From Felis catus (Eukaryota), in contig NC_058368.1 of the NCBI RefSeq assembly GCF_018350175.1, positions 134,604,001-134,668,000 of the forward strand: DNA of 64,000 bases. Reading direction: 5' to 3'. Numbering within the stretch: position 1 is the stretch's first letter; the number at the start of each line of letters is the position of its first letter. Of this stretch, positions 13,658 to 25,531 are shown piece after piece. A program made the position numbers and the translations under genes. The notes beneath the pieces are model-generated. The model ran no database searches. It had not been told where the DNA came from and saw only the letters and a program-made list of their open reading frames with translations.

Positions 13658-13891
13658 GGGGTATCTGGGTGACTCAGTCCGTTAAATGTCTGACTTCAGC
13701 TCAGGTCATGATTTCACAGTTCATGAGTTGGAGCCCCATGTCGGGCTCAGTGCTGACAGCTCAGAGCCTGGAGCCTGCTTCGGATTCTGTGTCTCCCTCT
13801 CTCTCTGCCCCTCCCCTGCTTGCACTCTGTCTCTCTGTCTCTCTCTCAAAAATAAATGAACATTAATTTTTTTTTTCAATTTATAAAAAAA
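13658..13891 (+). mobile_element. Can-SINE
   Basis: Full SINE body with CT tract and aataaa tail. Confidence 0.95.
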
Positions 13892-14627
13892 GGGTCTTCC
13901 CCTTAAGTTTCCATTAAGTTCACCTTGCTGCCTGAATGAGGGAATAGAGAAAGCTTTCCAAGAAAATCTCTAAGACTCTGAATTTTCTTTCCTAATGTCA
14001 GCAGGATGAATATTCCTGATTTTCTCCCTTTAAGATCAGCAGGGTGGACATTTCCTAAACTTGCTTTCCTTCTTTTAAAGTCACCTTTCTAAGGAAAACA
14101 AAAATAAAAACAAAACAAAAACAAACAAAAAATCATATATGCTTCTGCTGACTTAAGCCAGGATATTAGATCTAAAACTCTCTATCTGAAAGCTTAAAAT
14201 AACATTTTATCATAAGACACATTTTAGAAAATGACCTAACATGAGTGCTTCCCAACCAGTAACATCAAACACTAGCCTCTTTTTCTCTTTGAACACTAGC
14301 CTCTTGATTGCCAATTTATGTGTGGAGGTGGTGGGGGTGGGGAGATATAGAAACCCAGGAAATATGCAAAAATGAAAGACCTGGGACAGTACATTCTGCT
14401 TACAACACTATAAAACATACAAGTGGGGTTTCATATTGTATCTCATAAACTAAAAGAAGTACATTTATAGTGGCCAATTACCTGTGGTCTTGTGTTCTTC
14501 TGTGTTTCATGTGTGTTAATTTGGATCCCAATTCTCAACTAGATAGTGATCCCAATGAGGGAAGGATACACTTGGCATACTCTCTGGCCTCACAACTCAG
14601 AGCTGATTAAAACCTACTGATTCAAAA

Positions 14628-14650
14628 TACACACACACACACACACACAC
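14628..14650. repeat. (CA)n microsatellite
   Basis: Direct inspection. Confidence 0.95.
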
Positions 14651-15842
14651 AAAAACTCTTTAAAGTCAACAATAAGGAAACCCACTTAAATTATGGGCAA
14701 AAGATTTGAACAGACACCTCACCAAAAGGATACACAGATGGCAAAAAAAAAAGCATAATAAAAGATGTTCCACATCATATGTCATTAGGGAAAGGCAAAT
14801 TAAAATAGCATGGAGATACCACTTCATACCTATCAGAATGGCCCAGATCCAGAACACTGACAACACCAAATGCTGGCGAGGCTGGAGAGCAACAGGAACT
14901 CTCACTCATTGCTGGTGGGACAGCGAAATGATACAGCCATTTCCGAAGACCGTTTGGCAGTTTCTTACAGCTAAACATATTCTTACCATATGCACTCCTA
15001 AGTGAATTGAAAACATGTTCACACAAAAACTAGCACACAAATGTTTACAGTGGCTCTACTCGTAATTGCCCAAACTTGGAGGCACCCAAGATGTCCTTCA
15101 GCAGGTGAGTAGGTAAACAAACTCGTATATCCAGACAATGGAACGTTGTTCAGGTATAAAAAGGAGTGAGTTATCCAAGCCACAAAAGACCTGCAGGAAA
15201 CTTGAATGCAAACAGCTATGTGATAGAAGCCTGTTTAAAAAGGCTACCGGAGAGCCTGGATGGCTCAGTCGATTGAGCGTCCAACTCTTAATTTCAGCTC
15301 AGGTCAGGATCTCCCGGTTCATGAGCTCGAACCCCATAGAGCCTGCTTGGAATTGTCTCTCTCCCTCTCTCTCTGTGCCTCCCCCGCTCGCACATGCACA
15401 TGTGCTCTCTCTCTCTCTCTCTCAAAATAAATAAATAAACTTAAATAAATAAAAAAACCTACCTACTGTATAATTCCAACTATCTAACTTTCTGAAAAAG
15501 GCAAATCAATAGAGGCAGTCAAATTGGTAAAAATGGAACATGGGCCATTTTAGGGCAGTGAAACTACCCTGTATGAGACTGTAATGATGGACACATGTCA
15601 TTATACATTGTTCAAAAGCCAATGCACATCACCAAAAATGAACCCTAAGGCAAATGATGGACTTTAGCTAATGTATCAGTATTCATTCATCAGTTATAAC
15701 AAATATACCACATTAATGCACCTTAATAGGGAAAGCTGAAGGGTAGAGCAGAGACAATATGAGTACACGCTGAACTTTCTTCTCAATTTTCCTATAAAGG
15801 GAATACTGCTCTAAAAAATAAAACCTATCACTAAAAAAAAAA
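14651..15842 (+). mobile_element. L1 3' fragment (ORF2 C-terminus relic plus 3' UTR; L1MB/MC-like), interrupted by a SINE
   Basis: Translation NRHLTK...RCSTSYVIRERQIK...RYHFIPIRMAQI...KCWRG resembles the L1 ORF2 C-terminus; ends in aataaa and an A run. Confidence 0.9.
15249..15457 (+). mobile_element. Can-SINE nested in L1
   Basis: ggagagcctggatggctcagtc...(CT)n, (AAAT)n; degenerate aaaaa..ctacc TSD. Confidence 0.9.
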
Positions 15843-16412
15843 CAACGCTCTTGATTAATTGTTTCCCTTTCGTGGTGAGAAATGGATCCTTTGAGGGTCT
15901 GGCTGCTTCCTACTAACAGGAAACGCAGCTGACAACGTGAACACTGAAGAGCTTCCGACTGAATACTAAGTGCAAAGACAGTACGGAATGTGAGTCTATG
16001 AGGTTGTCTGCCAGTCAAGTCCCTTTCTTCCTCAGAGCCTTGATCTCTTCTAAAATAAAATGTGCTGGAAATTTCACATGCTCTGGAAGCAGAATGGCTC
16101 CTCCCCATAGTCTCATGAGGGAAGTGCCCTTGTGGCCTTGAGCACAAACACAGACAGGGAAAGGCAGATTAAATGGATCCCTCGCTCTTCTCCTGGGAGT
16201 GTCTGAGTTGTACAGAATCATGTGTAACTTCCCAGCCAGATGAAAAGGCCTTTCTACTAAGCCAAGGGCATTTTAATGTATTTGCCTTATTAATCTTTGA
16301 ACTTTCGTTAAATGAGATGTGCATTAAATGGACCGGAGATGTGGGAGCTAAGAAAAGAATATTCTGGCTCGTATGGAGTTACTACACCCTGGGAAAAAAA
16401 AAGGAATGAGGT

Positions 16413-16420
16413 AGAGGGAG

Positions 16421-16453
<33 letters not shown>

Positions 16454-16470
16454 AGGGAGAGAGGGAGAGA
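16413..16470. repeat. (GA)n / GGGA purine microsatellite
   Basis: Direct inspection. Confidence 0.9.
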
Positions 16471-17096
16471 CACGCTATCTTTCCAAAATGTTAAAGCATG
16501 GCTGCTTAAATATACCCACCATGACTGGAATTCTGAATTTACATGTACGAGCGTAAGGTCACCTGCATATACGGGAGAAGATACGTTATGGGCAGAACTG
16601 ATGCATGATCCCATGCTTTGCACGCCCTCTTAGTTTTGCTCTTTTGTTCCCCCACCTCCCCCAAGCTAGTAAATTTTCGTGGCATTTTTTGCTGTGGTCA
16701 CTGCAAGATTCGAATTAATTGGGAAACTTCCCTAAACCTTTTCTCAGAGTTCACGTTTTCCATAACAACTTTCCAAAGAAAGACACATTTCTATTTGATT
16801 CATTGTGATATTTAAGGTATCCAGAGAGCGTAGCCAAGTGGCACTAGGTATCCAAAGAAGAGTTGGAGATTCAGAACAAATAAGAATGTTAAAGCTAGCA
16901 GGAATTTAAAGAGACTAGGTTCCTTTTTTTTTTTTTTTTTTTTTAACAAATGAAAAAGCTAGAACTTGAAGAGTAGCCTCCTCAGTGTCACATGGCAGAT
17001 CTAGGACTCAAACCTAAGTTTCTCAGAATCTGTTTTTTCTCATCCTCATGGCAGAATCCTTAAAGTTGAATGCAAATTTTGTTTTGACTCTTTTTT

Positions 17097-17311
17097 AGTT
17101 TTTTTTTCTAATGTTTATTTATTTTGAAAAAGAGAGAGAAAGCACAAGCAGGGGAAGGGCAGAGAGAGAGGGAGAGGGAGAGAATCCCAAACAGTTTCCC
17201 CACTGTCAGCACAGAGCCTGATGTGGAACTTGAACTCACAAACCATGAGATCATGACCTGAGCCAAAATCAAGAGTCAGACACTTACCCAACTGAGCCAC
17301 CCAGGCGCCCC
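17097..17311 (-). mobile_element. Can-SINE
   Basis: Ends ctgagccacccaggcgcccc; actcttttt(t)tagtttt on both flanks. Confidence 0.95.
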
Positions 17312-18124
17312 AACTCTTTTTTTAGTTTTAAAAATCATTATGTTTAATTACAAAGCACTATTTTATTTATGTATCCGTGCATTCGCTCTACAGATATGTG
17401 TGCACGCACACTCTGTTCCAGCCTGCTAGCACTGGCAATAAAGAATCGATGGGACAGATGGCACCCTGCTGGGTCTAGCATATAGTATCTCCAGGATCTT
17501 AATTATAAAAACACAGAATAAAAGGGAGGGGCTGGACAAAAACATCAACTCCACTCAGGTCCTGTCCTCATGGATCCTCTGTTAGTATTGCCTAATTATG
17601 TACCTGCTTTGAACCCTTTCATGGCTTTTCATGTCTATAAGGCTTTATTCAAAATGTATTTTCTGAAGAATAACATTTAAAAGCCTGTGCCCATCCCCTC
17701 TTTCCTACCTTATATTTTCTTACCCGTTCTTCCCCAGGCTTGAAACTTATGTACCAACCTGCTTACTTCTACATATGATAGGCTGTTTCACTCATACTGC
17801 TTTGTTCATATTTCTCTGTTTGGAGAAGCCTCCTTCCCAATCTGTGTAAGAGATGCCTACTCGTTATTATTAGGTTCACCTCAAAGAGACTCGTCTCCTC
17901 TAAAAGATTTTTCTAAATAGCCCCCCCCCCCATATTTCTTCTTTTAGTCCCATTTTTGCCTTGTGCAGACTTTTGTGTTGGTAACTGGAATACATCATTG
18001 TACTTCTTGGTCCATACATCTGTCTTCAACATTTTTTTAAAGCAGGCCCTATACCTTATTTATGTCTGTATCCTCAGCGCGTATGGTATGCACACGGTAG
18101 ATGCTTAATCATAGCAACAACAAG

Positions 18125-18320
18125 GAGATACCATTTGTTGATCATCTGCTATGTGCCTGGTTTGCAAATGTTCCTTAATCATTTATGTCTTTATGTGTAT
18201 CAATGCATATATATATATACATATATATATATACATACGTATATATATGTGTATGTATATATATATATATGTAGGGTATATATATGTGTGTATGTGTATA
18301 TATATCTATATGTATATATA

Positions 18321-18364
<44 letters not shown>

Positions 18365-18520
18365 GGGTATATATGTGTATGGTAGGTATTATTATTACCT
18401 TATAGTTTAGGGAAGCTCTAGTAGTTTGTAGAGGTTTGTAGAGGTCATGTAAGTTGTCTAAGGACGTAAAGCAAGAAAGTGACAACTAGAATTTGAACCC
18501 AAGTTTGGGTGTCTTCAAAG
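18125..18520 (-). mobile_element. MIR relic split by a microsatellite
   Basis: atttgttga..tgctatgtgcctgg on the left; gtaggtattattattacc...gaatttgaacccaag on the right. Confidence 0.65.
18205..18381. repeat. Compound (TA)n/(TG)n microsatellite with duplicated gtagggtatatat spacer
   Basis: gtagggtatatat at 18271 and 18362. Confidence 0.95.
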
Positions 18521-19014
18521 AGTAAAGGAAGCATGGGGGTCAGGTAGAGTGAAGACATACCTGTAATGTCAAATGAATGCATAGACATATTCTATTTGAG
18601 ATAGAGTGGTTAATTAAATTGCCCCCATCAAAAGATGAACAGTGTATCTTGCAAAAGAAGATAGCAGGATTGGGGATATCTTTCTTGGAAGCTCAACTGG
18701 TGGTACCCTTTTTTGGGAAAATCCAAAGAAAACATGCCTATTGCCCCAGAACCATTTATACAGTCCCACTGCCAACAGTAAAGTGTAAAGGAAAAGAAAA
18801 GAGGCTTTTAAAACCACAGTCCTTCTTCTGAAACCGACTGTCATTCTCTCTCAACAAATAAAAAAGTCTATAAAGTAGAATTAGTAAAGAAATTCCTTAT
18901 CCATTAAAAAAAAAAAAAGTTGCCCTCAACTTTGTAAACAGCCCATTTAAATTATTCTGGTTTGAGCATGTCATGCGTTTCCTGGAGCCCTGGGACAGAT
19001 ACAGATAGGAGCAC

Positions 19015-19635
19015 GTAATTCATAAGAGAAGAAATCTAAGTGGACAAGAAAAAAGTAAATATGCAAATTCACATAAAAACAACAATGGGAGGAGTTTGAT
19101 AGTACCCAGTTTAATGAGGAGAGAAGTCAGTAACTCTTGTTGAGAGCATTGTTTAGTATACTTTCTTTGAAGGGCCATTTGGCAATACATAGTAAAGTTG
19201 AAGCCATTGTTCCGCTATATCCTAGAAATTCCACCTCTCCCTATGTGCTTTCAGGAAATTCTTACACAAGCGCACAATAAGAACACATAAAATGGTCATA
19301 GCAGTATCATCTGTTATAATTTGAAAATGGAAATAATCTAAAAGTCCACCCGGTAGGTGAATAAACAAATATGTTTTTACAACACAGAAAACAACATCCT
19401 CTTTCACTGAGTACATCTGCAGGCAGTTGGCTCATTATAATATGGACAGAATTAATATTCACCAACCTCAGCATTGTAGTTACTTCTGAGGAGGGGATAA
19501 AAAAAAAACTATAGTATTTATTTTTTTAAGAAATCTGAAAAAAGTATTGCAAAATGTTAGTCTTTGTTAATTTGGGGTGTTAAGTCCATAGGGTTTTGCT
19601 ATATTACTATCTGTTGTGTCCAATATGTTTAAATT
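19015..19635 (+). mobile_element. Old L1M 3' relic
   Basis: ctttctttgaagggccatttggcaat, cctagaaattccacctc and aatgttagtctttgttaatttggg resemble old L1M 3' regions. Confidence 0.6.
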
Positions 19636-19885
19636 TTCTAAGTAAAAGTATGTTCTTTGAAAATCTACTACATGAACCCAGCCCTCTAGGAAATCACATC
19701 TAGATGTGTGTTAATAGCTATGAAAGGAAGACCAGGGTATATTTTGAATGCATGATAGAGGTGTTCAGGGGCACCACAGCAGATACGCCACCCTCACTGA
19801 ACAGGAACATTAGAATCTGGATGATCTCCCTCAACACACGTGCTATGGAAGAACAATTGGAGGCTACCAGAGGTGATGGAGTAGT

Positions 19886-20243
19886 AGTTAATGACAGAGC
19901 CGGGACCTGTTCACTTAAACAAGGAAGCCATTAGACTGAGTCGGCTCTAATGACGTGGCTACCTACGTAAGCAAAGCAAAATTGAGGACTGTTAGTGCCT
20001 CAAGGTTATGAAATTGAAACCGAGGGAAAACCAGAACGAAGCAGCCAGCTAGACATTAAGCTATAGCCAGTCAGTAATTTTCTTACTTAGCGCCTGTACT
20101 TTCTCTGTGCAAGTCTGTCCGTGAGCTTCTTTGTCAGGTGGAGAGCTCCTAACCACTTCTCGTTTAGTACACTTCAATTGAAATCAACTTTTGCTTAACT
20201 AGACTCTTAAAATGTTTAATAGGACCCAGTTTGTCTTTTAACA
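19886..20243 (+). mobile_element. Solo LTR, ERV1-like
   Basis: Begins (a)gttaa, ends ttttaaca; U3/R-like interior; flanks gtagt / gtcgt resemble a TSD with one mismatch. Confidence 0.65.
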
Positions 20244-20625
20244 GTCGTGTGACTCTGACTTCATTGTTCTTCCATGATCCTGTGTCCCTTGTCAAAATCA
20301 AAAACAGGAGCAACAAAACACTTAACACTTGCTCGGTGAAAAAGCACCTGGTGTTTTCCTCTTTTCCCTTATGAATGTTATAATTTCGTGTTTATTTATT
20401 ACTTTGCAATATTTATAGCAAAAAATGGGGAGGAATAAATCAAAATAAACCATCATTCCTGTTGTCTGAAAGGGGGAAATTTTTTTTTTGGAAAGCATTT
20501 CTGAACTGAATTACAAATCCCAACCCCCAGATCACCTTACCTTTTGGGTTTCTTCCTAGCTGACTCTGGAGGCAAGATGGCTTGTAAAGAAATTGGGCCC
20601 CTAAAAGCCATTTAAAAAAAATCTA

Positions 20626-20666
20626 CATATGTATGTATGTATGTATGCATGCATGTATGTATGTAT
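20626..20666. repeat. (TATG)n/(CATG)n microsatellite
   Basis: Direct inspection; adjoins the L1 tail. Confidence 0.9.
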
Positions 20667-20669
20667 CCA

Positions 20670-20820
20670 CATATTTTTATTGAAGCATAGTTGGCACATA
20701 ATGTTACATTAGCTTCAGGTGTAAAACATGGTGATTCAAGGCTATACATTATCCTACGCTCACCATAAGTGTAGCTACCATCTGTCACTATAAAATCCTA
20801 TTACAATAGCATCGATTATG
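20670..20820 (-). mobile_element. Carnivore-type L1 3' UTR end
   Basis: ttttattgaagcatagttggcacataatgttacattagcttcaggtgta is a reverse L1 3' terminus. Confidence 0.8.
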
Positions 20821-22119
20821 TTTGGGTCACTGACAGTCATTTTCCAAGACACCACTCATGGGTTTAATTTCACACACACAAATTAAGGGATGCTAATGCA
20901 GGCCAGGAGCCACAGTTTCTCCCCACCATACACCCTAGCTACACCCGATTGCCCTGGGTTCCAGCAAGAATCACAACCAGCTCCTTGCCTCCTCCCGCAT
21001 CTGCTCTGTGGTGCCCACCCCCTGCATATTCCTACTGGCAGGTGTTGAGTCTTCTCCTGCCCCTTTCTGCATTCACATATTCATCACTTTCGCAAAATGG
21101 GATTGTGTCCCAAAATGTAAGGAACACCTGAAGCCAGCTCCTGGTGGTCACTGCTCCATATGAGAGTTACCTGGAAGGCCACCTGGTAAGGTTTTCCATC
21201 TCTGCCATGGGAGGAGACCCATGGTGTGAGTCATGCTGGGTCCTGGGAGGAAGGCAAGAAGAGGTGGGGGGCCCTCCAGGTGAGAAGGCAGTGTACAAAG
21301 AGGAGTGTCAAACTCTGATGGGATCAGGAGTAGTGACATGGGGGCATTTGGCCAGAGATAGGGCAGTGCTGTGAGACTAGACAGTCCATCCGTTTTGAAG
21401 AAGGACACCAGCCTATGGGTGCAATATTGGGATGAGTATAGGCTCTCACAGAATGAAAGAATAAAAAGCTCATCAATTGCCAACCTAGCTTGGATTCACA
21501 ACACAACTAAACCTCAAGAAGGAAAACAGAGTAAGTACAGCTCCAGAAACCAAGGCAGCTGTATAGACTTGGACACAGTTTGGACTGAGGAGGTGGATTG
21601 CAAAGTGATGTCTATGGGGTGTCCCAGGCTCGTTCCTTCCTGGCACATGGACCCTGGGCTCAGGGAAGTCAGATGATTTATAGACTCCACCTATAGAGAG
21701 ACTGGGCCGACTGGTAACTTGCTTGTCTGGGTCAGGAATTATTCAGACACTGGGCAGGGCTGACCTTCCAGGGTAGAGGTTCTTGGTGAAGCTCTTGAGT
21801 GAAGCTCAAGAGTCCGCGGAAGGCGAGTGCTGATCATTATGATGTTTCCAAGCATGGGAGACGGAAAACTAAATCTGTTCTACAATGGAGATATGCCTAC
21901 TCTAGGTAAATAGGAAAACGACCTCAGATGACCTTACGCTATAAAAATTACACAAGACCGTCTGCTTCCCTGATAATTTTGAGTCAGATCTATGAAATTA
22001 CCATTTTTGTACACATATAAAAAAAAAGGGTGCTACATCTATGATTTCAAATGATTCAACCTTAGCCAATGTCCTGTGAGTCTTGCACAATGTGAACTCT
22101 TTTAGTGGGAAACATGGTG

Positions 22120-22280
22120 ACCATTGGAGTCGTCGGCTAGTGAACTTTCCTGGCTGACTCACTTCCTCCATTGTAAAATGGAGATAGTGATCCACACTGC
22201 TTAGCCTTAAGCAGAATGCATAGTAATGTAAATATAGTAATGATAATAATTTTAAAACATAGTAATGATAATAATCATCA
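22120..22280 (+). mobile_element. MIR relic
   Basis: ctcacttcctccattgtaaaatggagatagtgat MIR core. Confidence 0.55.
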
Positions 22281-22984
22281 ATCACTGAAAGAGGACATGA
22301 GATCAGGTTACCATCATGTTAATCTTGTACATTGAACATTATAACACTTGTGGGTGTCATCATAATTAATATTGTTAATGGAGGCAAGGCATCAAAGTCC
22401 TGTCACTTCACCTCATTTCCCAGAGGGTCAGTACCTGAGTATCCAGGTGCCCTCCCTACCAGGGTCAGGGCAGCCATTTGGGGACAGAGACTATCCATCA
22501 GCAGACTCTGTCCCTAGGGGCCTACTGCGTGTCTTGTGTCTAGCTGTCCTGGGCACTCTGAGCCTTCTCTCACCTTTCTGGATCACAAGGACATGGGTAT
22601 CAAAGGGAAAAGGGAGATCTGAAAACAAACCACTCATTTGAACTTACCAGCCTGAAAGAATCTCCCTTCCAGGCAGAATGAAACTCCTTTCCTTGTATTC
22701 TCTGTTCTCTGCCTAAACATCCTCCTGAAGGCCTCAGGCCTGTGGCCCCCGTGGGGGCTGTTCTTTCCATTGGCGTTACCCATGAAGGATCCCAAGCCCC
22801 ACAGAGGAGGAAGAGCAAGCGGGACGGCCTGTTCCCCAGACAACCTTTTCCCTGCCCCTTGCTTTTTCCGCTTTCCATGGGGAGCCCAACAGCTACGTTA
22901 GGAGCTGCTATAAATTTTCACTTAAATGGCAGCTCAGCTATAATGACCACAAAGTCTCATTCCCCAAATGCAGACGCAACCCGT

Positions 22985-22994
22985 GGGAATTTCC
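22985..22994 (+). promoter_or_regulatory. Consensus NF-kB site GGGAATTTCC (function unproven)
   Basis: Exact GGGRNWYYCC match, near AP-1 and RUNX motifs. Confidence 0.35.
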
Positions 22995-23329
22995 TTCAGT
23001 CTGCCAGAAACAGCAGGGTTTTCATGTGCCGACTTTACTGGAATCCCAGCAGGCGGTGACCAAAGCACTTTCTGGGCAGCCCTTCCCTCACCCTCCCAGC
23101 CCTGAGTCACTGCCACACACAGGAGCAGAGAACCTGGCCTGGGTTCTCCAGCTCCACCTGGTAGGTAGAAGAGGTGGGGGTTCAGGCAAGAGGGGCAGGA
23201 AGACATTTAGCTGAGGAGGAGGGCTATGTCAGGCCACACCTACCTCATTCCCCCTATACACGCAGACTCTCATACATACACTTGTCATCTACCCTCAGTG
23301 CAGGGCCATTAAAAGACATCCCAAGACTA

Positions 23330-23561
23330 GGGGTGCCTGGGTGGCTCAGTTGGTTGAGCGTCCAACTTTGGCTCAGGTCATGGTCTCACAGCTCATGAGT
23401 TCGAGCCACGCATTGGGCTCTGTGCTAACGCTCAGAGCCTGGAGACTGCTTCCAGTTCTGTGTATGTCTCTCTCTCTCTCTCTCTCTGCCCCTACCCTGT
23501 TCACGCTCTGTCTCTCTATCTCTCAAAAATAAATACACATTAAAAATTAAAAAAAAAAAAT
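23330..23561 (+). mobile_element. Can-SINE
   Basis: Perfect 17-bp TSD aaagacatcccaagact at 23312-23328 and 23562-23578. Confidence 0.97.
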
Positions 23562-24281
23562 AAAGACATCCCAAGACTCCAACAAATAAGGCAATGGACT
23601 GGAATTGATGTGGGACAAACAGAATCTCTAACCTGTGTTCCCAGTACCTATCAAGAAAATCCAAATTTCCCAAAGTAGCTCAACTTTCTTTCCCTGTCCC
23701 TTTGCCCCATATTCTTTTATTTTAACACACTCTAGCCAACTACCCAGGGTCTCGAATATACCAGTCCCATTCCTTCCTCTGACCTTTATTTTTGTCATTC
23801 TTCCCAACCTTCTAGAAAATATTTAGCCTCTCTTTCCAAACCTGTTCCTGAATTCATGCAAGGGATATTTATTGAATACAGTTGAGTGGCTAACTGCTTG
23901 CCAGGCATTGTGCTAACCTCAGGGAAGACAGCAAGATGGGAAAGAGGCCAAAGCCTTGCCCCCCCCCCCACAGTCTATTCTTTTAATGCTCTTTCCTACT
24001 TTTACTGCGACCTCTTCTATTTCCTAAGTCACAGGGAGATTTCTCAAACGGTTTCTTTAGCAGTTAATGGTCTGCCTTAGTTTTGTTTATTCTATTGTTA
24101 CCGAACATCTTACAGATCTGCGTGTTCTCACTCAACGAGTTCTATAAGACCCATGAGGACGGACACCTCATTTAAATGTTTCTTTCTGTTTGAAATATAT
24201 TTGGGGAAACATAGTGAAAACAGATACAGGTAACAAGATAACCAGAGTGGAGGCCTCATCATTTACTGTTTAAGGCCTACC

Positions 24282-24515
24282 CAGAGCTTCTCAAACTCCA
24301 CACTATTGACATATTATTTTGACATATCAATAATTCTTTATTGAGGGAGGGTTTCCTATGCATTATTATAGGGTGTTTAGCAGCATCCCTGGACTCTGTC
24401 TATTAGATGCCAGCAGCACCCTTGTCTCAGTTGTGACAACCAAAACTGGCTCCAAACATTGCCAAATGGCCCCTGTGGGTGGGGATAAGGAGATGGGGAC
24501 AGAATTGAACTACTG
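24282..24515. mobile_element. MER20 hAT-Charlie MITE
   Basis: cag...ctg ends; gtttagcagcatccctgg..ctattagatgccagcagcacc..gttgtgacaaccaaaa..acattgccaaatg core. Confidence 0.9.
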
Positions 24516-25169
24516 GAACCAAATCTCTGAGATGTCTTATTTTCTTATTGTTAGGTCATTAAATTCACACATATATATGATGTTGACATTAAAAAGATAC
24601 ATATTTAACTTCATGTGGGACACAGTTTCCCAAGGCACTTAAAAGTGACGCGTAAAAACCCATTGCATTAAAAGCCAGTCCCCAGGACCTACGAGGGAGG
24701 AAGGCAGACCCCAAAAGGCAGTATTTTATCTAATGTTGTCTATTTTGTGTCTTTGGAGAATTCCTCAAATATTCTAACAGCTCTAAGTCAGTTAAGCCCT
24801 CAAAACAACCTCCTGAGGTAATTGATGCCTGCTTATCTAACTAGGGCTGGCTGGAATTCACGGTCAAATTCCCAACGTCCACAACCTCCTTGCAGGGCAT
24901 AGTTCCAAATGCAACTGCATGTGACCCCATGTGACCGCAGTGGCGCAGCCTGGTAACCTTTGAGTAGACTGGGACCAAGAAGTGTAAGGAATTTCACCTC
25001 CTTGTCCCCGGGCGTGCCAGAGAAACACAAAGTCTCAGAGTGAGGTCGAATAATCTGCCTCTGAATGGTGTGTGGAATGTGCCTTAAGAATCATTCTTAA
25101 GCCAGATCTAAACTTACAGAATATATCTGTCCCTGGCATCGACCCTCTAATAGAAATAATGATTTCCTT

Positions 25170-25529
25170 CTGGGTGGCTCAGTTGGCAAAGAGTCTGACT
25201 CTTGATTTCAGCTCAAGTCATGATCTCACGATTCGTGCACTGTCATTGCAGAGCCTGCTTGGGATTCTCTCTCTCCCTGTCTCTCTGTCCCTCCCCAGTT
25301 CATACTCTCTCTCTCTCTCTCTAAATAAATAAATAAATAAATAAGAAGGAAGGAAGGAAGGAAGGAAGGAAGGAAGGAAGGAAGGAAGGAAGGAAGGAAA
25401 AGAAGGAAAGAAAAAAGAAAGAAAAGAAGAAAGAGAAATAAAAGAAAGAGAAAGAAGAAAAAGAAGAAAGAAACAAGAAAGAAAAAGAAAAAGAAACAAA
25501 CAAGGATGAAAGAAGAAAGAACAAAGAAA
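25170..25529 (+). mobile_element. Can-SINE, 5'-clipped and internally deleted, with expanded purine tail
   Basis: TSD gaYttccttctgg at 25161-25173 and 25530-25542. Confidence 0.9.
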
Positions 25530-25531
25530 GA
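25343..25531. repeat. (GGAA)n plus degenerate (GAAA)n tract
   Basis: Direct inspection. Confidence 0.95.

Noticed and set aside
15713..16147. Longest ORF (144 aa), and similar ORFs at 28109-28498 and 40352-40753
   Set aside because: Non-ATG starts, no recognisable domain, partial overlap with L1 relics; lengths expected by chance.
25083..25101. Palindrome cttaagaat-c-attcttaag
   Set aside because: A 9-bp AT-rich arm is within chance expectation for 64 kb.
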